DNA of 64,000 nt from Candidatus Dormiibacterota bacterium (GCA_035279665.1 DATEHI010000052.1:7939-71938), one strand, 5' to 3'. Counted from the first letter of the stretch, positions 33,876 through 42,503 are shown. A program made the numbers and translations. The notes: generated by a model from the letters alone, not told the origin.

Positions 33876-35107
33876 TGGAGGCCCGAGTACCGACACCGAC
33901 GGGCGACCGCGTGTTCATCTTCGATACCACCCTGCGCGACGGCGAGCAATCGCCCGGCGCGTCGCTGACGCCCGATCAGAAGCTCGCGATCGCCTGGCAA
34001 CTCGCTCGCCTGGGCGTCGACGTGATCGAGGCCGGCTTCCCCCTCTCCTCCCCCGGCGATTTTGAGGCGGTGCAACGGATCGCCCGGCAGATTCGAGGCC
34101 CGATGATCACCGCGCTGGCGCGTGCGGCCCGTCCTGACATCGATGCCGTGTGGCAGGCCGTCCAGGATGCCGAGAGAAAGCAGATCCACATGGTGCTCTC
34201 CGTGTCGGACATCCATATCGAGCGGAAGCTTCGCTCCAACCGGCGCGACGTGCTCCGCCGCGGCGTCGAGGCCGTTGCCTATGCGCGCTCGCTGTGCGAC
34301 GACGTCGAGTACTCACCGGAGGATGCGGGCCGCGCCGATCTCGCGTACCTCTTCGAAACGCTCGAGGCGGTGATCGACGCCGGCGCCACGGTCGTCAACA
34401 TTCCCGATACGACCGGTTACACGCTCCCCAACGAGTTCGGGGCGCTGATCGCATCGATCTGCGAGAACGTCCGCAACATCGACCGGGCCTTGATCAGCGT
34501 GCATTGCCACAACGATCTCGGCCTCTCGACCGCGAACAGTATCGCCGCCGTCCTGAATGGCGCTCGCCGGGTCGAGTGCACGATCAACGGCATCGGCGAG
34601 CGGGCCGGCAACGCCTCGCTCGAAGAAGTCGTGATGATCCTCCGCACCCGCGAGAAGTCACTCGGGCTGCGAACCGGGATCGACACCACGCGCCTGGCCG
34701 AGGTCAGCGCGCTGGTCTCGCGACACACCGGCATTCCGGTGCAGCCCAACAAGGCGGTGGTCGGCGGCAACGCTTTTGCGCACGCCTCCGGCATCCACCA
34801 GGACGGGGTCCTCAAGGACAAGCTGAATTACGAAATCATGCGGCCCGAAGAGGTCGGGATGGGAGAAAGCCGGATCGTGCTCTCGCCCCGCTCGGGACGG
34901 CACGCGTTCCAGTTCCGCCTGGGGGAGCTCGGGTATCACTTGTCGGAGGCGGACTTCGGAAGGGCCTGGGAGCTCTTCCTGGAGCTCGCCGACCGCAAGA
35001 AAGACATCCTCGATCGGGACCTGGAGGATATCGTGCGCCGCACACAGTCGCTGGTATCCTCGATTCCTCCCCCTCCGGGGGAGGGCAGGGTGGGGGTGAT
35101 CGCCTGA
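33875..35107 (+). CDS. 2-isopropylmalate synthase / (R)-citramalate synthase family, short form (about 410 aa, no C-terminal LeuA regulatory domain)
   Basis: [15 protein letters not shown] and [21 protein letters not shown] (DRE-TIM metallolyase). The gene ends after the catalytic and subdomain II regions. The C-terminal tail [13 protein letters not shown] is encoded by a palindromic repeat. ATG overlaps the ilvC stop. Confidence 0.85.
   Translation: MEARVPTPTGDRVFIFDTTLRDGEQSPGASLTPDQKLAIAWQLARLGVDVIEAGFPLSSPGDFEAVQRIARQIRGPMITALARAARPDIDAVWQAVQDAERKQIHMVLSVSDIHIERKLRSNRRDVLRRGVEAVAYARSLCDDVEYSPEDAGRADLAYLFETLEAVIDAGATVVNIPDTTGYTLPNEFGALIASICENVRNIDRALISVHCHNDLGLSTANSIAAVLNGARRVECTINGIGERAGNASLEEVVMILRTREKSLGLRTGIDTTRLAEVSALVSRHTGIPVQPNKAVVGGNAFAHASGIHQDGVLKDKLNYEIMRPEEVGMGESRIVLSPRSGRHAFQFRLGELGYHLSEADFGRAWELFLELADRKKDILDRDLEDIVRRTQSLVSSIPPPPGEGRVGVIA
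35067..35098. repeat. Short GC-rich palindromic repeat, copy 2 (CCCTCC-ggg-GGAGGG with G-rich tail)
   Basis: Seen directly. It is related to 8712..8750 and lies in-frame at the leuA 3' end immediately before the TGATG junction with ilvE. Confidence 0.55.
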
Positions 35108-36096
35108 TGGCCGTCGAGCCCCTGCACCCGTCGGAGACCGCGCCACCCCCGCCCACGAAGGCGATCTATGGCGGCTTTGCCTACTTCAAGGGCGCGATCG
35201 TGCCCTTCGGCGAGGCGAACGTCAGCGTCGGCACCCATGCCCTGAACTACGGCACGGGATGCTTCGAGGGGATTCGCGGGTACTGGAACGCCGAGCAGCA
35301 CGAGATCTATCTCCTGAAATTGGCCGAACATTACGAGCGGTTCCTCAAGTCGACGGCGCTGCTCAAGATCAAGCTCGAGGAGAATGTCGACCAGCTGTGC
35401 GAGCTGACGCGCGAGATCGTCCGCCGTGACGGCTTCCATACGGACGTTTATGTCCGGCCGATTGCCTTCAAGTCCTCCGCCATGATCAAGGTCGATCTTC
35501 ACTCGTCCGAGGATGCGGTCGCGATCTTCGCCATGCCGATGGGGGCCTACGCACGGATCGATGGGTTGCGAGTCACGATCTCCTCCTGGCGGCGGGTCAG
35601 CGACAACAGCATCCCGGCTCGGGCGAAGATCACCGGCGCCTACATCAACACCGCGCTGGCCACCGAAGATGCCAACGCCGCCGGTTACGACGATTGCCTG
35701 ATGCTCACGGAGGACGGTCACATCGCCGAGGGGGCCGCCGCCAACTTCTTCATGGTCCAGGGCAGAACCCTGATCACGCCCCCCGTCACCGACGACATCC
35801 TGGTTGGCATCACCCGGGCCGCGGTGATGGGGCTGGCCCTTGACCTCGACCTCGACGTCGTCGAGCGAAGCATCGACCGGACCGAGGTCTACCAGGCCGA
35901 TGAGGCCTTCCTCTGCGGCACCGGTGTCCAGGTGGCGCCGATCGTCGAGGTCGATGGGCGCGCGGTTGGCAGCGGCCGGCCCGGCACGATCACCATGGGA
36001 CTTCAGGAGGCGTATTTCCGCGCGGTGCGGGGCCAGGACCCGCGCTACCGGCAATGGTGCACCCCCGTTTATGGGGGGATGCCCCGAATTAGGTAG
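35107..36096 (+). CDS. ilvE: Branched-chain amino acid aminotransferase (class IV PLP enzyme)
   Basis: Class IV aminotransferase motifs (FEGIRGY, ITPPVTDDILVGITR, EAFLCGT). Confidence 0.9.
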   Translation: MAVEPLHPSETAPPPPTKAIYGGFAYFKGAIVPFGEANVSVGTHALNYGTGCFEGIRGYWNAEQHEIYLLKLAEHYERFLKSTALLKIKLEENVDQLCELTREIVRRDGFHTDVYVRPIAFKSSAMIKVDLHSSEDAVAIFAMPMGAYARIDGLRVTISSWRRVSDNSIPARAKITGAYINTALATEDANAAGYDDCLMLTEDGHIAEGAAANFFMVQGRTLITPPVTDDILVGITRAAVMGLALDLDLDVVERSIDRTEVYQADEAFLCGTGVQVAPIVEVDGRAVGSGRPGTITMGLQEAYFRAVRGQDPRYRQWCTPVYGGMPRIR

Positions 36097-36152
36097 TCAA
36101 GTTGCAAGGCGGAGGCAGGGACTGTTAGGCTTTTCGGACAACTGAATACCGA

Positions 36153-36258
36153 CGGTTATCAAGAGTGGCGGAGGGACCGGCCCAGAGATGCCTGCCAACC
36201 TACCGGAATACCGGCAAGGTGGAAAGTCCGTCAGACGAGAGTCTGAAAGATGATGCAG
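36153..36258 (+). ncRNA. SAM-I riboswitch (S-box leader) aptamer
   Basis: UUAUCAAGAG-UGGCGGAGGGAC-CGGCCC-AGAGAUGCC-UGCCAACC...GGUGGAAAGUCC...GUCAGACGAGAGUCUGA-AAGAUGA aligns to the S-box consensus nearly position for position (for example B. subtilis yitJ: CUUAUCAAGAGAGGUGGAGGGACUGGCCCGAUGAAACCCGGCAACC...GGUGCCAAUUCC...AAAGAUGAG). Confidence 0.8.
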
Positions 36259-36271
36259 TCACGGACGAGAC

Positions 36272-36298
36272 GGCCCCTCCCCGCAGGGGCTTTTTTTA
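36272..36298 (+). terminator. Intrinsic terminator (riboswitch expression platform): GGCCCCUCCCCGCAGGGGC followed by UUUUUUU
   Basis: GC stem with 7-U tract seen directly, 66 nt upstream of the thrC-like start. Confidence 0.75.
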
Positions 36299-36363
36299 TG
36301 GTGAGGCCGCGAGAATGAGCGGCCCCGGCGTGGAAAGGCCGCGAGAAGATCAGGAGGAAATCG

Positions 36364-37608
36364 GTGAAGCAGTTGCGATGTCGGGAGTGCGGACGATTGC
36401 GGGACTTCGAGCCCGCCTACGTCTGCGAGCACTGTTTCGGACCGCTCGAGGTGGCGTACGACCTCGACGCCGTCAGGGAGCGGGTCAGCCACGACTCGAT
36501 CGCGAAAGGACCGAACACCATCTGGCGCTATCGAGAGCTGTTGCCCGCCCCGGACAGCGAGCCCATCGACCTGGGGACGGGCTTCACGCCGTTGGTGCAC
36601 GCCCCCAACCTCGGGAAGGTCCTGGGCCTCGATCATCTCTACCTGAAGAACGACACGGTGAACCCGACCGGCTCGTTCAAGGATCGCAACGTCGCGGTCG
36701 CCACCAACTTCGCGCTCTCCTACGGCTTCGACACGCTCTCCTGCTCCTCCACCGGTAACCTCGCCGGCTCGGTCGCCGCCTACGCGGCGCGCGCGGGAAT
36801 GCGCGCGCTCGTCTTCATTCCCGCCGATCTGGAGCCGGGCAAAGTCGGCGCGGCGAGCGCCTATGGCGCCACCGTGGTCGAGGTCAACGGCACCTACGAC
36901 GACGTCAACCGGCTGTGCGTCGAGCTCGCCGACCTATACGGCTGGGCGATCGTCAACGTCAACCTCCGGCCGTTCTATTCCGAAGGGAGCAAGACGCTGG
37001 CGTTCGAGGTGGTGGAACAGCTCGGCTGGAGGGCGCCCGATCATATCGTCGTTCCCGTCGCCGCAGGGTCCCTGCTCGCCAAGACCGCCAAGGCGTTCCA
37101 GGAACTCTTCGGCGTCGGCCTCGTCGACCGGGTCTCCACGCGGATCCACGCCGCGCAGGCGGAAGGCTGCGCCCCCGTGAGCACGGCCATCAAGGAAGGC
37201 CGCGACCAGGTCACGCCGGTGCGGCCGAATAGCATCGCGAAGTCACTGGCCATCGGCAACCCCGCCGACGGCCGCTACGCGGCACGGGCGGTGCGCGCCT
37301 CGGGAGGGTGGGGTACCGCCTGCCGCGAGGACGCGGTCCAGAAAGCGATGGCACTGCTGGCCGAGACCGAGGGCGTCCTGAGCGAGCCCGCCGGTGGCGT
37401 CGTGGTCGCCGGGCTCGAGGAACTCATCGGGAGCGGGCGCATCCGGCGGGAGGAAACCGTCGTGATCTGCATCACCGGCAACGGCCTGAAGACGACCGAG
37501 CTCTTCGACGTCCGCGATGGGCTCCGGCTGCACCTGGCGAAGCCCCGCGCGTCAGAGTTCGAGAAGGCGCTGGCTGCTGCGGAAAAAGCCCCAGCCGCGG
37601 TCGCATGA
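36364..37608 (+). CDS. Threonine-synthase-family PLP enzyme with N-terminal Cys4 zinc ribbon (ThrC paralog; MetM-like candidate)
   Basis: CRECGRLRDFEPAYVCEHC zinc ribbon, PLP lysine motif PTGSFKDRN and fold-type II core. GTG start. A second canonical thrC exists at 45670..46710. Confidence 0.85.
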   Translation: MKQLRCRECGRLRDFEPAYVCEHCFGPLEVAYDLDAVRERVSHDSIAKGPNTIWRYRELLPAPDSEPIDLGTGFTPLVHAPNLGKVLGLDHLYLKNDTVNPTGSFKDRNVAVATNFALSYGFDTLSCSSTGNLAGSVAAYAARAGMRALVFIPADLEPGKVGAASAYGATVVEVNGTYDDVNRLCVELADLYGWAIVNVNLRPFYSEGSKTLAFEVVEQLGWRAPDHIVVPVAAGSLLAKTAKAFQELFGVGLVDRVSTRIHAAQAEGCAPVSTAIKEGRDQVTPVRPNSIAKSLAIGNPADGRYAARAVRASGGWGTACREDAVQKAMALLAETEGVLSEPAGGVVVAGLEELIGSGRIRREETVVICITGNGLKTTELFDVRDGLRLHLAKPRASEFEKALAAAEKAPAAVA

Positions 37609-38681
37609 CCCAAACGCTCCGGGTCGGAGTCATTGGCGCGACCGGGCTCGCCGGCCAGCAGGTGCTGGCCGCACTGGTCCAGCACCCGTGGTTCACGGTT
37701 GTGGCGGTGGGCGCCTCCGAGAGCTCGGCCGGGAAATCGCTGGACCACGCGCTCCGTGACCCGTCTGGTGCAAGCCGCTGGTTTGCCGAGGGTCATCCCG
37801 ATGGGTCGCTGCTGTCGCTCCGCTGCCTCAACGCTGAGCAACTCCTCGCGCAGCCGCTCGACCTGGTCTTCAGCGCGGTCTCAAAAGAGGTCGCGGAACT
37901 CTGGGAGCCTCGCTTTGCGGAACGGGTGCCCGTGATCAGCACCGCGTCGGCGTTTCGCTATGACCCCGATGTCCCGATCTTGATCCCCGGGATCAACGAC
38001 GCGCATGCCGAAGCGCTGCACGATCAGCGCCGCAACCGCGGCTGGCGCGGCTTCATCGCGCCGATCCCCAACTGCACGACGAGCGGGCTGGCCGTCTCGC
38101 TGAAGCCGCTCCAGGATGCCTTCGGCGTCCGCACCGTGATGATGACCTCGCTCCAGGCCGTCTCGGGCGCGGGCCGGCAGGACGGGGTGCTGGCGCTCGA
38201 CGTGATTGACAACGTCATCCCCTTCATCCCCGGTGAAGAAGAAAAGGTCGAGCGCGAGACGAAGAAGATCCTCGGGCACTGGGGCGAGCCCGCGCAATTT
38301 ACGGTTTCGTGCACCTGCACCAGGGTCAATGTCCAGGACGGACACCTGGAAGCCGTTTACGTTGGGACGGAGCGGCCCTCCGATGCAGCGACGGCCACCG
38401 CCGCGATGGAGCGGTTCGGCGTCGACGGACTCAAAGGTCTCCCCTCGGCGCCCGAACGGCTGCTGCAGGTCAATCCCGACCCCTTCCGACCGCAACCACG
38501 CCGGGACCGCAACGCGGGCGACGGCATGACGGTCACCGTCGGCCGCGTGCGCGACGAGCCCGCGCTCCACGGGGTGAAGTACGTCGTGCTTTCGCACAAC
38601 ACCAAGCTCGGCGCGGGCAAGGGGGCGGTCCTTACGGCTGAATGGCTGACGCGGGAGGGATTTATTGTCAGCAATTCCTGA
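37605..38681 (+). CDS. asd: Aspartate-semialdehyde dehydrogenase
   Basis: MTQTLRVGVIGATGLAGQQVL NAD(P) motif and active-site region IPNCTTSGLAVSLKPL. ATGA overlap with the upstream gene. Confidence 0.9.
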   Translation: MTQTLRVGVIGATGLAGQQVLAALVQHPWFTVVAVGASESSAGKSLDHALRDPSGASRWFAEGHPDGSLLSLRCLNAEQLLAQPLDLVFSAVSKEVAELWEPRFAERVPVISTASAFRYDPDVPILIPGINDAHAEALHDQRRNRGWRGFIAPIPNCTTSGLAVSLKPLQDAFGVRTVMMTSLQAVSGAGRQDGVLALDVIDNVIPFIPGEEEKVERETKKILGHWGEPAQFTVSCTCTRVNVQDGHLEAVYVGTERPSDAATATAAMERFGVDGLKGLPSAPERLLQVNPDPFRPQPRRDRNAGDGMTVTVGRVRDEPALHGVKYVVLSHNTKLGAGKGAVLTAEWLTREGFIVSNS

Positions 38682-39903
38682 GTCCCTCACGCGACCGATC
38701 CTCGTTCAGAAGTTCGGCGGTACGTCGCTCAGTACGCCTGCCCGCATCAAGCGGGCGGCCAAGCGGGTCGCCGCGAGCCGGCGGACGGGCTACGACGTCG
38801 TCGTTGTGGTCAGCGCCATGGGGGACTCGACCGACCACCTGGTGAGCCTGGCGTCGCAGGTCGCGAAAGAGCCGACCGCGCGCGAGCTCGACCTGTTGCT
38901 CTCGACCGGGGAGGGCGTCTCGGCCCCGCTGATGTCGATGGCCCTCAACGAACTGGGCGTGCCGGCCGTCTCTCTCCTCGGCTTCCAGGCGGGCATCCAG
39001 ACCGACCAACGCCACGCGAAGGCTCGCATCGTCGGTCTTACCCCGGGTCGGATCGAGCGCGAGCTGGCCGCCGGGCGGGTCGTCGTGGTTGCCGGCTTCC
39101 AGGGCATGGGCGACGAGATGGAAGTGACCACCCTCGGACGGGGTGGCTCGGACACGACGGCCGTGGCGCTCGCCGCGGCCCTCAAAGCGCAAGCCTGCGA
39201 GATCTTCACCGACGTGCGCGGCATCTACACCGCCGATCCGCGATTCGTTCCGAACGCGCGATTGCTGCCGCACATCGCTTACCCGGAGATGCTCGAGCTG
39301 GCCAGCTCTGGCGCCCAGGTGATGCACCCGCGAGCCGTCGAGATCGCCGAGGCCTACTCGATGGAGCTGCATGTCCGCTCGAGCTTCCACGCGGGGCCGG
39401 GTACCATCATCAGTTCAGAGGCAACGATCATGGAAGAGCGGAATCGCGTAAGGGGCATCGCGCACGAGGAGCACGTCGCCCGGCTCTCCGTGGTCGGCGT
39501 CCCGGATCGGCCCGGCATCGCCGCCGCCATCTTCGCGCCGCTGGCGGAAGCCGACATCGCCGCCGACGTGATCGTGCAGACCGCGAGCCACGAAGGTGTA
39601 ACCGACATGTCGTTCACGGTGTCATCGGCCGACGGCAGGCAGGCCGAGCGCATCGTCCAGGGCGTCGCCAAAGAAATCGGCGCGCGCACGGTGCTCGCGC
39701 AAAACGGCCTCGCCAAGGTCTCCGTGATCGGGAGCGGCATCCGTGGGCAACCTGGCGTGGCGGCGACCATGTTCCGCACGCTGTCGGACCACGGCATCAA
39801 CATCGAGATGATCTCCACGTCGGAGGTGCGCATCACCTGCATCATCGAGGCAAGAAAGGTCAAGGACGCCGTCACGGCTCTGCACGAGGCGTTCAGGCTG
39901 TAG
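38665..39903 (+). CDS. lysC: Aspartate kinase with C-terminal ACT domains
   Basis: LVQKFGGTSL kinase N-terminus and two ACT-like repeats at the C-terminus (LSVVGVPDRPGIAAAIF..., VSVIGSGIRGQPGVAATMF...). TTG start overlaps the asd 3' end. Confidence 0.88.
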   Translation: MSAIPESLTRPILVQKFGGTSLSTPARIKRAAKRVAASRRTGYDVVVVVSAMGDSTDHLVSLASQVAKEPTARELDLLLSTGEGVSAPLMSMALNELGVPAVSLLGFQAGIQTDQRHAKARIVGLTPGRIERELAAGRVVVVAGFQGMGDEMEVTTLGRGGSDTTAVALAAALKAQACEIFTDVRGIYTADPRFVPNARLLPHIAYPEMLELASSGAQVMHPRAVEIAEAYSMELHVRSSFHAGPGTIISSEATIMEERNRVRGIAHEEHVARLSVVGVPDRPGIAAAIFAPLAEADIAADVIVQTASHEGVTDMSFTVSSADGRQAERIVQGVAKEIGARTVLAQNGLAKVSVIGSGIRGQPGVAATMFRTLSDHGINIEMISTSEVRITCIIEARKVKDAVTALHEAFRL

Positions 39904-40817
39904 TGTCCAAAAGCGCCGCGGTGCGGGTCCCGGCATCGTCGGCCAACCTCGGACCGGGCTTCGATGTGCTCGCCCTGGCGCTCGACCTCCACCTCACGCT
40001 CGAGGCGCGCGAGTCGCCGACGACGACGATCACCTGGAAGGGCGAAGGCGCCGGGGAAGTGCCGCTCAACCGCAAGAACCTGATCGTCCGCGCAGCCGAG
40101 GAGCCGTTTGCGGGTTGGAGCCGCCCGCTGAGTGGACTCGAGGTTCGCGTGAAGAACGACATACCGATCGGCCGCGGCCTGGGCAGCAGTGCCGCCGGTA
40201 TCGTCGCGGGGATCACGCTGGGAGCGAAACTGCGCGGCCTGCGAATGCCGGCGCAGCGGCTCCTCGAGCTCGCCATCCCGCTCGAGGGCCATGGTGACAA
40301 CCTGGCAGCCGCGCTCTACGGTGGCTTCTGCATCGCCGTCATCGAAAACGGCGGGGTGCGCGTGCACCGCCTCGACTGGCCAGCCCGCTGGCGGGCCGTC
40401 CTGTTCGTTCCGAACGAAGTATCTCCCACTCACGAGGCCCGCCGCCTGGTGCCGCGCCGTCCAACGCGCGAGGATGCGGTCTTCAATCTTGGCCGGGTCG
40501 CGGAGTGGGTGCTCGCGTGCTCCCAGAAGGACCGCTCGCTGGTCGCTAGCGCGATGGACGACCGGCTGCATCAGCCCGGCCGGGCGCAGGCCTATCCCTA
40601 TCTGGACGACACGATCGCGGCGGCCGAACAGGCGGGGGCCCTGGGGGCGGCGCTCAGCGGCGCGGGCGGCAGTGTCATCGCCGTTGCGGATCGAAACCTG
40701 GCGGCCGTCGGCATGGCGATGATCAGGGCCGCGGGCTTGCACGGAGTCAAGGGGAGTATGGCCATGCTGAGGGCCTCGCCGGCCGGCGCTACCCTGAAAA
40801 AAGACCGGTCCCTGTAA
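39903..40817 (+). CDS. thrB: Homoserine kinase (GHMP kinase family)
   Basis: VPASSANLGPGFDVLALAL and GHMP motif PIGRGLGSSAAGIVAG. GTG start overlapping the lysC stop. Confidence 0.9.
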   Translation: MSKSAAVRVPASSANLGPGFDVLALALDLHLTLEARESPTTTITWKGEGAGEVPLNRKNLIVRAAEEPFAGWSRPLSGLEVRVKNDIPIGRGLGSSAAGIVAGITLGAKLRGLRMPAQRLLELAIPLEGHGDNLAAALYGGFCIAVIENGGVRVHRLDWPARWRAVLFVPNEVSPTHEARRLVPRRPTREDAVFNLGRVAEWVLACSQKDRSLVASAMDDRLHQPGRAQAYPYLDDTIAAAEQAGALGAALSGAGGSVIAVADRNLAAVGMAMIRAAGLHGVKGSMAMLRASPAGATLKKDRSL

Positions 40818-40855
40818 CCCTTCTGAAAGGTTCGCCCGGGCAGACTGAGCCCAGC

Positions 40856-41272
40856 GTGGAGACGTGCTTCTCCATGCCTGCGATTTCAGATGAGAAGGAG
40901 GTGAGAAGCATCACTCCAACCCAACGCGTAATCACGATTGTCGGCGTCGCCGGATCGCTCATCGCGGGCGGCGTGATCGGGGCCACACTGGCCGGTCCGC
41001 TGGCGGCCGCGGCGGCGAACACGAGCAATTCGACTCAGCAGATCACGGCAACGGCAGCTCCGAGCGCGAGCGCCGGTACTTTCAAGTCCAACGAGGACGC
41101 GACCCACGAGGCTGGTGAAAGCGCCACCGTCGAGGCCCAGGAGAATTCAGGCCAGCGGCCGGGCGGCGGATCCGGGAAATTCACCCCGAACGAGAACGCG
41201 GCGCACGAGACGACCGAGAGCGCCGCACGCGAAGCACAGGAGAACGCGGGCCAGCGCCCGACCGTTCCCTAA
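40856..41272 (+). CDS. Small secreted/membrane-anchored protein with an internal tandem repeat of about 31 aa
   Basis: N-terminal hydrophobic segment ITIVGVAGSLIAGGVIGATLAGPLAAAAA. Repeats ...NEDATHEAGESATVEAQENSGQRPGG / ...NENAAHETTESAAREAQENAGQRPTVP seen in translation. Confidence 0.45.
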   Translation: METCFSMPAISDEKEVRSITPTQRVITIVGVAGSLIAGGVIGATLAGPLAAAAANTSNSTQQITATAAPSASAGTFKSNEDATHEAGESATVEAQENSGQRPGGGSGKFTPNENAAHETTESAAREAQENAGQRPTVP

Positions 41273-41287
41273 CAAACACCCGACATC

Positions 41288-41320
41288 GCATCGGGACCCA
41301 CCGCAAAGGGGTCCCGATGC
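41288..41320 (+). terminator. Strong stem-loop (12-bp perfect stem GCATCGGGACCC/GGGTCCCGATGC, 9-nt loop) 16 nt after the stop; no U-tract
   Basis: Seen directly. Candidate factor-independent terminator typical of high-GC genomes, or an mRNA stability element. Confidence 0.4.
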
Positions 41321-41363
41321 CTCCCTCTGCAAAAGGTCGGGGCGACGGCCTCGTTGTGGCCTT

Positions 41364-41927
41364 ATGGCGGAGATCGTCTCGGACGAAATCGAGATCGCAG
41401 CCCACTGGCCCCTTCCCCGGTTCGGGGTCCACCGGGTCAGGTACGGGATCCCGCTGATGGCGGCTTCCTACCTCGCACTCGTATTGACGGTGGTGCGGTA
41501 TCTTCCGGGCATACACGATCCGCGGCTCCTCTACGGCGTTGCGTTTCCGGTCGTGGCGTGCATCCTGACTACCTGGGGCGCCTCGTACTACGACGGGACG
41601 ACGATCATGGCCAACCGCGACCACGTCACTCTGAAGCGCTGGTGGCGGCGGCCGGCGGTTGTCCCCATCAGCGAGGTCGCTCGGATCGTTCGACTCACCG
41701 TCGATGAGCCTACGAAGAACGGCACGACCCCGAGACCCGCGCTTTTCTTTTTCAATTCCAAGGGCCGCTGCGTCCTCTCGCTGTTCTCGGCTCGTTTTGA
41801 TGATCGCGACCTGGCGCAATTGTGGTCGACCATCGGAATGGAGCCCGAAGGCAGCTTGGACGATCACGTGAAGATCATGAAGCTGGGCGATCGCTTTCCC
41901 GGAGCCTTCGACAAGCCCGCCGCCTAG
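41364..41927 (+). CDS. Hypothetical membrane protein (two TM segments, possible bacterial PH-like domain)
   Basis: ORF with hydrophobic segments LMAASYLALVLTVVRYL and VAFPVVACILTTWGA. ATG at 41364. No recognisable catalytic motif. Confidence 0.45.
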   Translation: MAEIVSDEIEIAAHWPLPRFGVHRVRYGIPLMAASYLALVLTVVRYLPGIHDPRLLYGVAFPVVACILTTWGASYYDGTTIMANRDHVTLKRWWRRPAVVPISEVARIVRLTVDEPTKNGTTPRPALFFFNSKGRCVLSLFSARFDDRDLAQLWSTIGMEPEGSLDDHVKIMKLGDRFPGAFDKPAA

Positions 41928-41963
41928 AGTCGGCCCCGGCCCTCACTCGCGGAGGGAGCAAAG

Positions 41964-42419
41964 TCAGCTCGCAGCGGCGGCGCGAAATTCCAGGAGGAGC
42001 GGCGAGCTGATCAACACATCCGCGGTCGCGATGTTCGTGGCCAGCGGAATGTTGCAGACGTTGCAGATTCGGAGCAACGTCTGGATATCGGGATCGTGCG
42101 GATGCTTGTCGAGCGGGTCCACCATGAAGAGGACGGCATCGATATCGCCCTCCACAACGCGGCTGGCAATCTGGACGTCGCCACCGTGCGGCCCGGCCGT
42201 CACGCGCTCGACGTCCAGCCCGACCTTGTCGCGCAGCAGGTCGCCGGTCGCCCCGGTGGCGACGATGTCGTACTCCTGCAAGCGGCTGCGGTTGAACGTC
42301 GCAAAGGCGACCAGGTCTGCCTTCTTGCCGTCATGAGCAATGATGGCGAGGCGCGGCCGCTCACGATTCGAAGCTAACTTCACGTCCGAAAGCATACGTC
42401 TCCCGTATTTCGAAAGCAT
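41964..42419 (-). CDS. mgsA: Methylglyoxal synthase
   Basis: MGS-like domain: LAIIAHDGKKADLVAF..., GATGDLL, HPHDPDIQTLLRICNVCNIPLATNIATAD matches MgsA (HDxxK, VPHDPDV, LRLATVWNIPVATN). Confidence 0.85.
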   Translation of the reverse strand: MLSKYGRRMLSDVKLASNRERPRLAIIAHDGKKADLVAFATFNRSRLQEYDIVATGATGDLLRDKVGLDVERVTAGPHGGDVQIASRVVEGDIDAVLFMVDPLDKHPHDPDIQTLLRICNVCNIPLATNIATADVLISSPLLLEFRAAAAS

Positions 42420-42503
42420 CGGACGCTGGCTACAAAAGCGTGACGGTATCTTTGAATCGATCGCACACCCCTATTCAACACCCCGATCGCCGCTGCTATT
42501 CCC

